Assembly: GCA_963924565.1 (NCBI GenBank)
Contig: OZ004615.1
Coordinates: forward strand, 5,022,001-5,086,000
Direction of reading: 5' to 3'
DNA length: 64,000 nucleotides
Origin: Ascidiella aspersa
Taxonomy: Eukaryota
Both the position numbers and the translations under genes were made by a program. Under the pieces are notes generated by a model. It was given only the letters and a program-made list of their open reading frames with translations, ran no database searches and was not told where the DNA came from. Numbering within the stretch: position 1 is the stretch's first letter; each line of letters starts with the position of its first letter. This document shows, one piece after another, positions 28,401 through 39,346 of this stretch.

Positions 28401-31400
28401 ATATACGCGACCTTTCTCGATGCCGCAATGCCCGCTAATTACACGCCAGCGCGGCGAACTTAAAAGCAGTTCATTTCATCCAAGTTTTTTGTGGCTAGCC
28501 GAATGCTAAATACATAGCGAAGCTTTGGCTACCCTAATTTTTGTTTGTATTTTATTTGCGTTTAAGTGGTATGGGGAAAAACTATAACGCAATAGTACTC
28601 TGTCTAATATCAAACAGTCCTGCATATCACGGGTCGGCAACCTTTTTTACACTGCGGACCGGTTTAAAACTGAAATTTTGCCGCGGACTGGCCTTAAAAA
28701 ACAACACATGTTCAGTAAAGGAAATTTATTACAACTTTTTTCAATAAACTAATAAAAATGCATACCGGTACGTCGTTTTTTTTAACTTTCCTGCCTGAAC
28801 ATAAAAATAATAATTAATTTTATCGTGGGACGTTGTTTGCATGATTTGATTCTATTGCACTTTAGGGTGAACACGGATAAGGATAAAAAACATGATATTT
28901 TGGCCCTTTTTCGATATATTGTACATACGAGGAGCTAGATTTTAGAATCCAAAAACGTATTTTAGGATGTTGTGAAAGTTCTCTATATACGGCCACGGCA
29001 CACTGGTTTGTTTTGCACCTCACGAGTGCTTGAAACTATAAATTGTGATTTTTCATATACCAATCAACCATGGAGTATATTTAAACGAAAGTTAATGTGA
29101 TTTATTTAAAAAAAATACTTTCAATCGTTTTTGACTTTTCCTAGCCTTTTCCAGCTTCCTTTTCCGGCAAGGTTTGGGTTTGAATCAAATTTTAAACTGA
29201 AAAACTTGCTACGGACCGGTAGCGAACTCCTCGCGGACCGGCGGTTGCCGACCACTGCTGTATATGACAATTAATTACTAAGTACGACGCAAATGCCAGT
29301 TTTGTTTAACTAAATCAAACAGAAACCATTTTTGTATTTTGATTTGTGTATTTTAGAAGCAATAGTCCAAGCCATCGATTTATAAAGTACGATTAACGCC
29401 CTCTTACCCTGCGTTCAATCGGTAGACTGGAAAGAACAGGGTCCGGCAAACTTTTTTCATAAAAACTCTAAGGCCTGACGATCGCATAACATTTTGTGTC
29501 GAATTTATTAACTCGATTCTATGAATAAACGAAGGAGACCAAAAAACATATGCGATGAAAACTGTAGTGAGCCTTACTAAATTAACGTACAGTTTAAAAT
29601 TTCATCAAAATTTAGTTTAAAATTGGATTCGAAAGCATTTCAAACGTAGGCCAACTTCATCTGCATTAAGGAAATGCCGCGGGCCGGGAAGGCCGTTCGA
29701 TATTTCACATTTTATTCCAATACCGATACCCGATACCCGATATTATAAACAAAAAGTATCTCGATCCTATCCGATACTAAATACGTCATTGTTATGCTCA
29801 CATAAGCAAAATAATGACATTGAAGCGTTATTTTTCCATTTTTTTGCTGATTATTAGGCCAAAATTTGCATTAGCGTAGGGAGTTAAGTTACCTCCAGCT
29901 GTTAACCTACTTTATTTGATAAATTTACCTTTCAAGGAAGAATCGCTGCGTTAAATAACAAAAAAAAAATCTTATTATAATGAAAATCTTATTATAATTT
30001 TGTATCGGATCGGCACCGATACCACCCTAGTATCGAAAGAGTACCGATACTAACACTTGGCATCGGGTATCGGAACCCATCCGATGTTATGAGACATCCC
30101 TAATTGTGACCCCTGGACTAGAGCGACAGTCCCGGTTTAGCCGAGGTCGTAAGTTCGAACCTCATTGCAGGATAGTTTTTCAAGCCTATATTCATACTTT
30201 CGCGGATGCCGTTATAGTTTACTGAAGCCGCTGTAAAGGCTATCGTCGTTTTCAAATGGTGGAATAAAGCTTAAAAATCAGCCCGAATGTCTTGTAAGCA
30301 AATGCTGCTTTACCAATGCCATGTGCAACTTGTCACGTTGCAGGCATTCGGACCCGGCCTCGGCCTCGAGCCAACTTTCTCGATACGCTTCATGTTTTCC
30401 TGTCGGCGCGCGCGCCAGTGACGTCACAGTGCCTTTTATGGTGCTCTTGTGACGTAGGAGAGCCTGGGAGTTGTTGTCGGTGAACTTGTTGTATTGCATT
30501 ATTGTTTAATTTGTTCAATTCGTTCAAACTGAGGTCACTCAAGTTTTAATAGGATTTTTAGTGAACGGCCTATTTACTTTGCAACCGCAGCGAATTGTTT
30601 TACAGATTTTTTTTTAAGTTTTCCAGGATTTAGTTTAAAATCTAATACTTTTCTTGATATCATTTTTTTGTTAATAGTTTTACATGTTAAAAAATTACCC
30701 ATTTCCTTCAGAACCTGGTCATTTTGAGAAATTTTAAAGAGTGAATTAATGTTCAATGAAGTTAAAGCCATATTTTCGCGTCATTGCGCAAGTTTTGTGA
30801 CGTCATGCGGCCTCGGCGTTTATAAATTATTCCTACATTTAAAACATGAATAAGTTTGTTTTATCCCACCTGACCCGCACTTAAAGTTAATTGAAAGGTG
30901 TACGAGTCGTTTCTGATCGGCTTACAGGAACCCTTTAATAAGAGTCGAACTATATAGACGTGAAGATTATTTTAGTGGGGATATCACTTTTTAAATCTCT
31001 GCGCAAAGATTGCCTGTTTTCCTGCTATTTTGGGCTGCCCTTTTTTATAATTGCAAAATTTATTGAAAAACCTATTTCCCCCAACGGCTGTAGTGTAGGT
31101 TGTATCTAGTTAGACTTATAGTAGGAATATCAACGCCCATACGCGGAAATATAGGTAGTATTCTTTGTTTTACAACACTATATATATATATATTTAATCA
31201 GTGCTTTATCCACCATGTTTAAAATGAATTAGAAATATTCGAATTGTTCGCAAACTGCTGCTTACAAACTGTATGGGTTTTGATATTTACTCTACGTGTG
31301 TTTACCCGAAATTTTCGAAAATATAGGACTATTTGAGACGATTTTCGTTGCCGCGGATCAAGGTCTGTGTTTTTTACAAAAATCTCGCTAAACATCCAAA

Positions 31401-34400
31401 TGGTTAAAGAAAATTCTCTCTAAGTCTAGACAAGTACACTTCGTTGTTATATACGCACGGACGAATTCGCCGTGCCAAGCACGTTTTGTTATTTGCCGTA
31501 CGACTTGTTAGCATACAGGTAACTATGCCTGAGCCATGTCGTTTGCCAAAAACCTTAAGCCAAATCCAAGACCTGTTGTTTATAGATGAAGATCAAGTTT
31601 TAACTGTTTTTATTACACAAATAATAAAATCTTTTTCCAGAAAATATAAGTAATTTCCAAAAACTAAACATAAATCAGATGACGTTGACAAAGTAAGGAT
31701 ACTTTAACATAGATATTTTGAATAAAACATTCTAGTCTTTTGCCTAAGTGAAAGTCAAAGTTAAGTCACTTGTCGTAAAAAGCAACTTAAAAGTCAATTC
31801 TCGTCATTTTGACCAAAGGTTCTTAGTCAAGATACTTTAAAAACAGTAACTGCATTCATCTAATTCACTACAACACCGTTTTTTTTTAAATTTCACTACA
31901 ACACTTTTAAGCAGTTCAAATGAACGTTTTTACAGGCTTGACCGTTAAGAAACTTCAAGCGGCAGTAAGTATTTCACCCTTAAACTAACTGCGATTTGTC
32001 TGCTATAGTCGTACGATAGAACCGCTTGGAAATAAAAACACCGTTTCGAGCCCTTTAAACGTAAAACAAAACACCGCACATTAATCTCATTAACTACAGG
32101 TTGAGTCACTTCGGAAGTCGCACTAAATAACCTTAACGACTCCGTACCATTAGAAAACTGGGCCGCCAAATTGGCTTTCATACCAAAATCAGTTTGGCTA
32201 CGAAAAATTGCAAGTGTGGATTACCCGAAAGAATCAACGAGCCTTGGCTGTAGTAAAATAAATTTCTTTAGGAACTGAGAGATCAAAAAACACTCCCGAT
32301 TGGTAAACCCTTCATACGAACGTATGCCAAGCCATTATTATTACAACGATAATGCGTTCATTTTAATTAAAACTTAACAACAGAAGCACAATAAGTCAAT
32401 AACATACATGTAGCTCTATGGCTTTGAGATCACAGAATTTATGCAAATGTTGTTTTTGTAACAAAGCTTTTAGAGCAGGGGTCCATTATTGAAATGAAAA
32501 CTGCGTTCAAACTGCGTTCCTAAATACTAAGACAATTTTTATATAAATTAATTTCAAATTTGTTCCTGTCGTTTCTCTTATGTTTTGTTTACTTATAAAA
32601 ATTCATTGAATGGAATCGGGTCTCCAAAGGTTCGCACGCTTTGTATTTGGGGCGCCGCGAAAAAAGGTTGAGAAACTCTAATCTTAACCTATTGCATTTA
32701 CTCAAATAAAGTCCACTGCTTCTGCAACAAAACAAGACAGCAATAGCCCATACCAGGATGGCCATACAATAAGTCGCAGCAAAGTACTTTGCGAATCACA
32801 TAAAAATACATCCTAAAAATAGTAATCTTTCAAAAGAATGTCTGGTTACACATTGGCCTTGTCTTGGTTGCCCTGTATTTTATTAATTGATTAAAGGAGC
32901 ATTTTCAACGTGGGTCACCAATGCGTTGGTTCACCTTCGCCTAAACTAAACTGAATGTGTGGCAATTTTTTTGACCTTTTGTGATTCATAGCCAATCAAT
33001 TATAAATGCTTCACCTTTATTTTAAAGATGGCGGTTGTGATTACGTTTCACTGTGACCCAATGACCCTAACATTACTCAACATTTATGTCAGCTCGGCGC
33101 AAAAGCTAGTATGAGCTGCTTCAGTTGACAAACCAGGATAGATTACATCGTGGATTTTGTTAAGCTCTCATTTTGATGACGTGAATAAATTACATTGACA
33201 TGTTTGATTAAATGTAAATATCAGTATACTTTGGAGCATAATGGTTAAAAGTGGTAGTAAGACGTAATAAGAATATCAAAGAAGTAGGTATCATCGATGT
33301 TAAAACTGAACTTATTGTCTTACTTCGGATATGCATTATATTATACTTTTTACAATTTACGCGTCATTGCAGACACATGTGTACGCTGCAAAAACTGCAA
33401 TCGGCGAGGCAAAAAATAGCCGCAATATTATCTTTCAGAGATGATTTGCCGATAAAGAAACACAGGAAATATTATTATTAAAAAAATTAAAAATCACTTC
33501 TATGGAAAATGCCGTTTTCTATGCAAAAACGTTTTCCCAACTTGGTTCCCGCCATTCTAACCCGTCACGTGATTTTTGCGCAGCGCTCGAAAGCCAATCA
33601 CAGCCCTCGGCGTTCAAGCCCTACGATGACGTCGACGGCAACTTTTCGCCGATTCGCGAGAGCTCACTCGAGCGAAACCTCTCATGCGCGACCGACGACA
33701 CGGGGTCACGTGACGACCAACTTCAACCGACTGGACCAACTTCCGCTGAGGTACGGTATTGGAGGGTTGCCGCAAAGTGTCTGTATCTTTAATGTGTTTT
33801 AAAATCCCAATGTTTTTCCAAACGTCTGTGAATTGTCTTTGAATTTAATATGCAAAACTTAATTTTCCTCACAGTCTTTGTATCTTAAATGTATTCACAA
33901 AACCTATGTTTTTCCAAACGTCTTTGAGTATTCTTCGAATTTATTTCCAGCTTGAGCTATGTGTTTAGAAAGTATTGCAGATAAAGACATTTTAACTGTT
34001 TGGTATTGTGGCATTTTTACCAATTTGTTTACGAATTATATGCAAAATACGTCGTGCGATTGAAAATGTTGATAAAATAGAGTTTCTTTAATTATTTTTA
34101 AAGGAAATAGTCCTATTGAAAATAATCCGAGATTTAACTCGCAGTCGTTATAACTGATTCCTCGAGACACTATTGCGTTATTATTATGGGATATTGATTT
34201 AAAAAAAAAATTACCTGCAAGTAAGTAAAGCGTACAAGAAATTGGCAATACTGATAAAACCCCTATCTAGCTAAAAAGGGTAGTTTGGCTGGACTCCGGA
34301 TCTGGACTCGCACTGGACATTTTTCAGCCGGACTCCGACTTGTTTTTTTTTCAAATGAGTCCGCCGCACTTCTGTGAATTTTCAATAACTGTTTGACGTC

Positions 34401-37400
34401 GTGTGCATGCTATGACGTCATAAAAATAGCTTACGCCGTTACATATCGTTTAAAGTTCACAGTCTTGACGGTCTATTCTGGACCCAACAAAAGTGACCAT
34501 TTAAACAAAAAAAATTCTCAAAATTTGACACAATTTTTGTTGTTCGCAGACCCCCTTTCCCGAGCAAACCCCGTGCCCGTCGGTGCTTCCCCCTTCTGAC
34601 CCACCTCTGAGTCAGGTGGCCCAACTCGCCAAGACGTCACTACTCGCCGCCCGACAACTCGACTCGTTCGAGTTGGAGGAAATAATGAGGTATTGTTCCC
34701 AGACTTGGACAAATTGATAACTCTAGCTCAGGGGCTCTTAAACTGGGGTCCATGAACCCCGTGGGAGTCCGTAAACTAGTCTTGGGGTGTCCACGAAGGC
34801 CAAATTGAAATATTATTGTACATTTAATTAGTAATCACTTTTTCAAGTTTAAGAACCCCTGCTCTATCTTGATACTGAATTTCAACGCCAATAAGATCGA
34901 GCAGATCGACATCATCTTGATTATGACGTTTCGATACCAGTTTTTGTATCATCTTCAATTAATGTTCTTGTCGAAACGTCTTTATCAAGATTATGTCGAC
35001 CTACTCGACGTTTTTGGCTTCTAAATTTTATTATCAAACTAGATTACAGATCATTTTATATTGTACCCTAAATAACTTTATTTTACTATTTTTCTAGTTT
35101 AAACAATTTACATAGAAATGCGACTAATTCTATTTCTAACCTAATTTGTGGATTGCTGGTGTGCCCCTTATTCTAGTTTTAATCCAATTCGGGTTTTAAC
35201 AAAAATGCTACTTTTGGCAAATTTATTATCTTAGTCGGATCGTAAAATTTGAATAAATACACTTTGGTTGTAACGTCTTGTAGGTGAATTGTGCAGTCTG
35301 AAAAGCATAGGGTGTGCTAAATACCAATAATAGCACAGAAACATTCGCCATCACATTTGAATGTGAATAAATTGCAATTTAAACTAAATTGATCGTGAAA
35401 TAATTAAATGTCATTCCAGTTTAACTTCCCGTTTATTTTCTAGTTTTTAAGAATTCGGTATTTCTAATTTTATGCGTAAGTTAAAAAGCTAAAATAAATC
35501 TAGTAGTCGTCTGGATGTAGCGATCCCTCTGTTTTCATGTGGTTGTACCAGACAGGTTGTACTGAACAGTACAATTTAGCAAACAACTGGCTTCAATATA
35601 TTTTTCTACGCAAATTGCTACCTTTAAAATAACACAGCCTATTTAACATGCGTTCTAAGTTTGGGCGATCAAAAAGGTCGTTGAGCCAGTCCCTGAATTT
35701 CTCATGAATTATTCTGACATGTCTTTAACGTTTATATGGATAGACTTTTACACTTTTTTTAGTTTGATGGCGTATCACCTTGTTGTATCTTTAGGTCAAT
35801 TTTCACATTAGTTTCAGACTTGACGTTATATATTATGAAGTAAATAAATCCATGCGTTTTAGTTCAAGAAACTCAACAGTTAATTGTCCATGGTTACATT
35901 ATAATCACACAAAGCAATTATAGATATTATTTATAAAAGGCATAATATTACATCAGAGACGAAACATTACCAAGAAGAAGCACCACGAAAAAGTGGTTGT
36001 CGTTACTAGAACAAAAAAGCGGAAAATTTCGAAAAGGTTCTTTCAGAAACATTTCAAACGTGACACGCCTTCTTCAAAACATATGGACATATGATTCTCA
36101 TTCCACGTTTCTTAAGTAAGGTGGGACGTTCACCTTCTAAGATTAAGTAAACTTTGGCAAGATTGCTAAAAACCTGATAAATTTTCAGCAATCAAATCGA
36201 AATATGCTCGCCGTAAATGCAACTAACCGATCTGTAATTATGCGAAATTTATGTTTCCGTCTAATTTACGTTTTGTAAACCTGGTGCCCGCAACATTTTT
36301 AATAAAAATAATTCATGTTAATCCACGATTAGTAAAGTTGGATCGCCGTAAAAACGGAAAAGAAGTACAATGATATGCAGCTGACATATATTCTATACAT
36401 ACAACGTGTGTACTCCTGCATGCTTAGCTGTTAGCTCGAATGGAAATAACGTTTCGGCGCCTAATTTCCTGGAAATTTTGCGGCTCTTGAAGGTGTGAAT
36501 TTGCGGTCACAAGCTTCACTGTAACACATTGCAACCGAGTTTTCTTCTGTAAATGGTCGTTAAATACCACCCCTATCTAACTGTTGGTAGCCAGATGACA
36601 CCCCTGGCTTATAAAAAGGTGTAGGCCTCGCCAAACCCTATGTTAAGAGCCTTACATTGTGTTATGAGTTGCAAAGTGTGTAGCTGTGATCTGGCACTTC
36701 GAAAGTACTCATCAACGATAACGGTGCAATTGTTGCACAAACTGATAACTGCCGTTAGCTTGTCGAAATTAGTCGGCCTAATATAGATTTCACGTAGCAT
36801 TAAGTTAAAAATAAACTAGCCTCGCCCCATCAACACTGCTATATACTAAAGCTTGGCAAACTGCAGCTCTTTGACAGTGTTTTTTGTGGCTTATTTATTC
36901 GAAGAGTAATATCCGAAAATCAAAGAGGCGTGTACCATAACCATCTTTCGAATAAAAAACTAACGATTTTCGGATGTTGCAATTTCCCAGAATTGAAAAA
37001 ACTAGATTATAATTATCTGGCGTCATTAAATTTTGGATTGTTTAATCTAGTTTGGATTTTAGTTTACTGTTGTTGTTTTTTGTCGAATTCGGTCACTTGA
37101 ATAACTAAAAAGAGAACAACCAAAAAGTTTGCAGACACTAAAAAACTTCCTTCTTTTTGGCATTTTCGTTTTCTTATCTTTCAATTTTAATTTTATATGA
37201 CTTTTCGGCATAAAACCGAAGACAAGTCAAATAGCTTTTCGGTAACAGAATGAGCATTAATCAACCCCCTTTCCAATACTTAAATATTTCACAAATATTC
37301 ATGGTGTAATATTTATCAAAAAATCTTCCTCTGGTAATGTTTTTCAACCAGAGGAGCTGTTTTTTGATTTATGTTACTATACCTGGTAGCAACAGTTTAG

Positions 37401-39346
37401 ATATTCCTGGTGTAAATCAGCCAAATAAATTTGCCTTGCGTTAGTGTGTTTTTTGCAGTTACTTTGACTGAAAATGCGTATAATTATCCAAACAGTTGTG
37501 AAGCAAGACCCAGAGACGTAGCCAAGGTATTTCGCGCCCGGAGGCGAACTATAAAATTGGCGCCCCTCCATCTTTAATCAGATTTTCCATTACGTTAACG
37601 TAATATACCTTACTTTATACGGATAAACAATTTAAATTTTAATCGGAATATTGTATTTAAAGAAGAAGCAGCCAAATTTTGGCATTTGTAAGCCACATTT
37701 TAGCGCCCCTTTACCTTGGCGCCCGGGGGCATATGTACCCCACCGCCCTCTCTTAGCTACGCCTCTGGTAAGAGCACATCCGCATGGAAGGCCAATCAAA
37801 CCATAGAAGGCCAATTTAAGACTGCTGAATCAATTAAAAAGTTATATTATTTTCCGCTTTTAGCAACGAGGACGGTCCCACTGAGTACCAGAAGCACCGT
37901 CATGTCTCCCCGTCCAGGGCGCCTGGACGTCGGACCGGCGTGGTGCGAATTCCCCCCGAACTGGCCACCGGCTTCCAAGCGGCCGTCAATCTGTCGCCGC
38001 ACCACCGCGAGATGGCGTCGGAGAGCGACGAGAACGAATCGTCGAGCGGCTTCGACGAAGACGACGTGAACCACATGAACAGCGTCAGTCCGGAGCAGCA
38101 GGGCACGGAGCAGCAGGGCACCGAGGCGGGAAAAAGACAGCAGCATCAGCGAGATCTCTCGCCCGGTCTACAGGTCGGTTGCGTTATCACTTTAAATTTA
38201 AAAAATTTCAATGGATAACGGGAGTTAGACTGGGACTTTTTAGCATTATAAGCGCGTGGGATTTTATTGTCGATTTTTTTTTCTCTAAAGCTCCACAATG
38301 CAAAATTCTTAGCCCTCTTATTTTGTTGTGTTTTTTTAAAACTTGTATAATGCAGAAATTCTTAACAAACTTATCCCGTTAGTTTTAAAAGCTTCGTAAT
38401 GCTCAATTAGCTCATGTAACTCGTTTTGTTTGTTTATTACTGCACATTGCGGGCTTTCTTGTCTCCTTTTTTTATAGTGCTCCCCTTCTCCAAATATAGC
38501 CACTTAGCCAGCCAAAATAATTTAGTAAACTTATCTTTTCTTTAAGAAGCTAATCGTATTTTTTAAAGACGTTCTTTATAGTCAATTGTTGAATTCTGCT
38601 CTCCTAACCAAATTTACTCATGTCAGAACTTCTGCGGGTGCAACCGGGACGCGTCTCCGCGTCGGCACATCTATGACGTCACGACGAAAAACGGGTCCCA
38701 GCCAGATGACGTCAACAACGGCACGACCGCAGCGGTGGCGCCGACGTCGCCGAACACGAATTGCAACAACTGCACCGATTTGCGTCGCGGCGCCGCGAAC
38801 CGTCGCCCGTCGAACAACTTTACACCGACCGGCGTGGTCGTGCGTTGTTCCAGCGGCGCGCCGCGCGCCAAACGGTGTGTCCTGGTGCCGCAGGCGCACT
38901 CGGCCGGCGCCGACCGCCCCCACCACAGACTGAGCAACGCGCGGCGCCGTCGGCGCGAGTTCGCGGCCCGATCGGCCCTGAGCGGCGACAGTCTGCGGGA
39001 ATTGGCGCACGCTTTGCCCGCCAGTCCGCCTTCTTCTTCGTCAGCGTCGTCGCTGGTTTACCAGAACGGCGGCTATTTCTACCGCAAGCGACGCCCTGGC
39101 TCTTCGTGCTTTTGTCGCCAGAACAGCGCGCCACCTGGTGGACTATCGCCAGTGCTAAACGGTCACTGTAGTCCGCGGCACGAGTCAGAGCTGCCTGACC
39201 GAGTTTCTGCGACAGGCGCCACAAACGAAAGCGCGGAAGGCGGACATAAAAACCCGACTTCCGCCAATAGCGTTAAAAAGGACCGGCGTCTCCTTACTAG
39301 GGCTTCCACGTTTACTTCCTGCTCCACACCGTACAGTCCGGCCTGA
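10418..39346 (+). CDS. ITPRID-family (KRAP/SSFA2/Tespa1-like) IP3-receptor-interacting protein, ~700 aa, 12 coding exons
   Basis: GT-AG exons 10418-10433, 10668-10781, 11612-11684, 12110-12208, 12864-12960, 15615-15690, 21516-21643, 24075-24237, 33584-33750, 34550-34689, 37864-38173 and 38627-39346 total 2103 nt with no internal stop. SVGDLINARECDASDILLSLGFA...ILSRF resembles the KRAP IP3R-binding core ([23 protein letters not shown]...IPSRF, recalled from memory); DSFELEEIMS and ESSSGFDED resemble the family DSFEMEE and DSSGF.E motifs. Confidence 0.72.
16046..16370. mobile_element. MITE with ~32-bp TIRs
   Basis: CCCAATTTCCCTGCCTTAATAGTTAACCATGA ... TCATGGTTAACTATTAAGTCAGGGAAATTGGG (1 mismatch); TSD not clearly resolved. 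Confidence 0.7.
17206..17735 (-). mobile_element. 5'-truncated, decayed non-LTR retrotransposon (CR1/L2-like ORF2 C-terminus, 3' UTR, poly-A tail)
   Basis: Minus strand encodes LRLGHSPL...CFCGAYETPFHLFFECP (CCHC knuckle), then NYILFGHPELIFSESLTLFNAVHEFL*AFRRF*, a typical ORF2 terminus, and ends in AATAAA plus a long A run at 17206-17226. Confidence 0.8.
18469..18829. mobile_element. hAT-like MITE, TAGGGATG family
   Basis: Ends TAGGGATGTCCGATA / TATCAGATATTCCTA; exact 8-bp TSD GCAAGAAT; subterminal CCGATAC/GTATCGG motifs. Confidence 0.85.
19102..19396. repeat. Minisatellite, 41-bp unit x ~7
   Basis: Unit CCTGACCTTTGTCCGGTGCCCCTGTATCACGACCTATGACC starts at 19102, 19143, 19184, 19225, 19266 and onward, degrading at the 3' end. 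Confidence 0.92.
24424..24735. mobile_element. hAT-like MITE (CAGGGCTG family), embedded in a ~135-bp tandem duplication
   Basis: CAGGGCT...AGCCCTG with TSD CTTTATAC on both sides; a second left end CAGGGCAGCGGAGTCGG at 24556 is preceded by CTTTATGC. Confidence 0.6.
25399..25868. mobile_element. hAT/Charlie-like MITE
   Basis: CAGGGGTCGGGAA / TTCCCGACCCTG ends; exact 8-bp TSD CCTTATGA; subterminal TGGCTC motifs. Confidence 0.85.
26013..26377. mobile_element. hAT-like MITE, TAGGGATG family
   Basis: TAGGGATTTCTGAT ... ATCGGACATCCCAG; 8-bp TSD CTGCCAAC. Confidence 0.8.
28628..29257. mobile_element. hAT/Charlie-like non-autonomous element
   Basis: CACGGGTCGGCAACC / GGTTGCCGACCACTG; TSD CTGCATAT/CTGTATAT; GCGGACCGG subterminal repeats. 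A degraded relative lies at ~15129-15372. Confidence 0.8.
29690..30102. mobile_element. TAGGGATG-family MITE copy, apparently inside another CAGGG-type element (~29437-30116)
   Basis: CCGATACCCGATACC and GTATCGGATCGGCACCGATACC motifs; right end GACATCCCTA. Confidence 0.65.
30130..30241 (+). mobile_element. tRNA-derived SINE fragment
   Basis: GAGGTCGTAAGTTCGAACCTCATTGCAGGATAG (B-box-like), homologous to 9945-10056 on the minus strand. Confidence 0.55.
34729..34861. mobile_element. Short hAT-like MITE
   Basis: CAGGGGCTCTTAAA / TTTAAGAACCCCTG; TSD CTCTAGCT/CTCTATCT. Confidence 0.75.
34864..35042. repeat. Fold-back palindrome with a degenerate hammerhead-like core
   Basis: Arms TCGAGCAGATCGACATCATCTTGATTATGACGTTTCG / CGAAACGTCTTTATCAAGATTATGTCGACCTACTCGA. 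Minus strand 34958-34925 reads UUGAAGA-U-GAUAC-loop-GUAUC-GAAACGUC. Confidence 0.6.
37511..37767. mobile_element. GC-rich hAT-like MITE
   Basis: CAGAGACGTAGCCAAG / CTTAGCTACGCCTCTG; degenerate TSD GCAAGACC/GTAAGAGC; GGCGCCC subterminal motifs. Confidence 0.7.
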
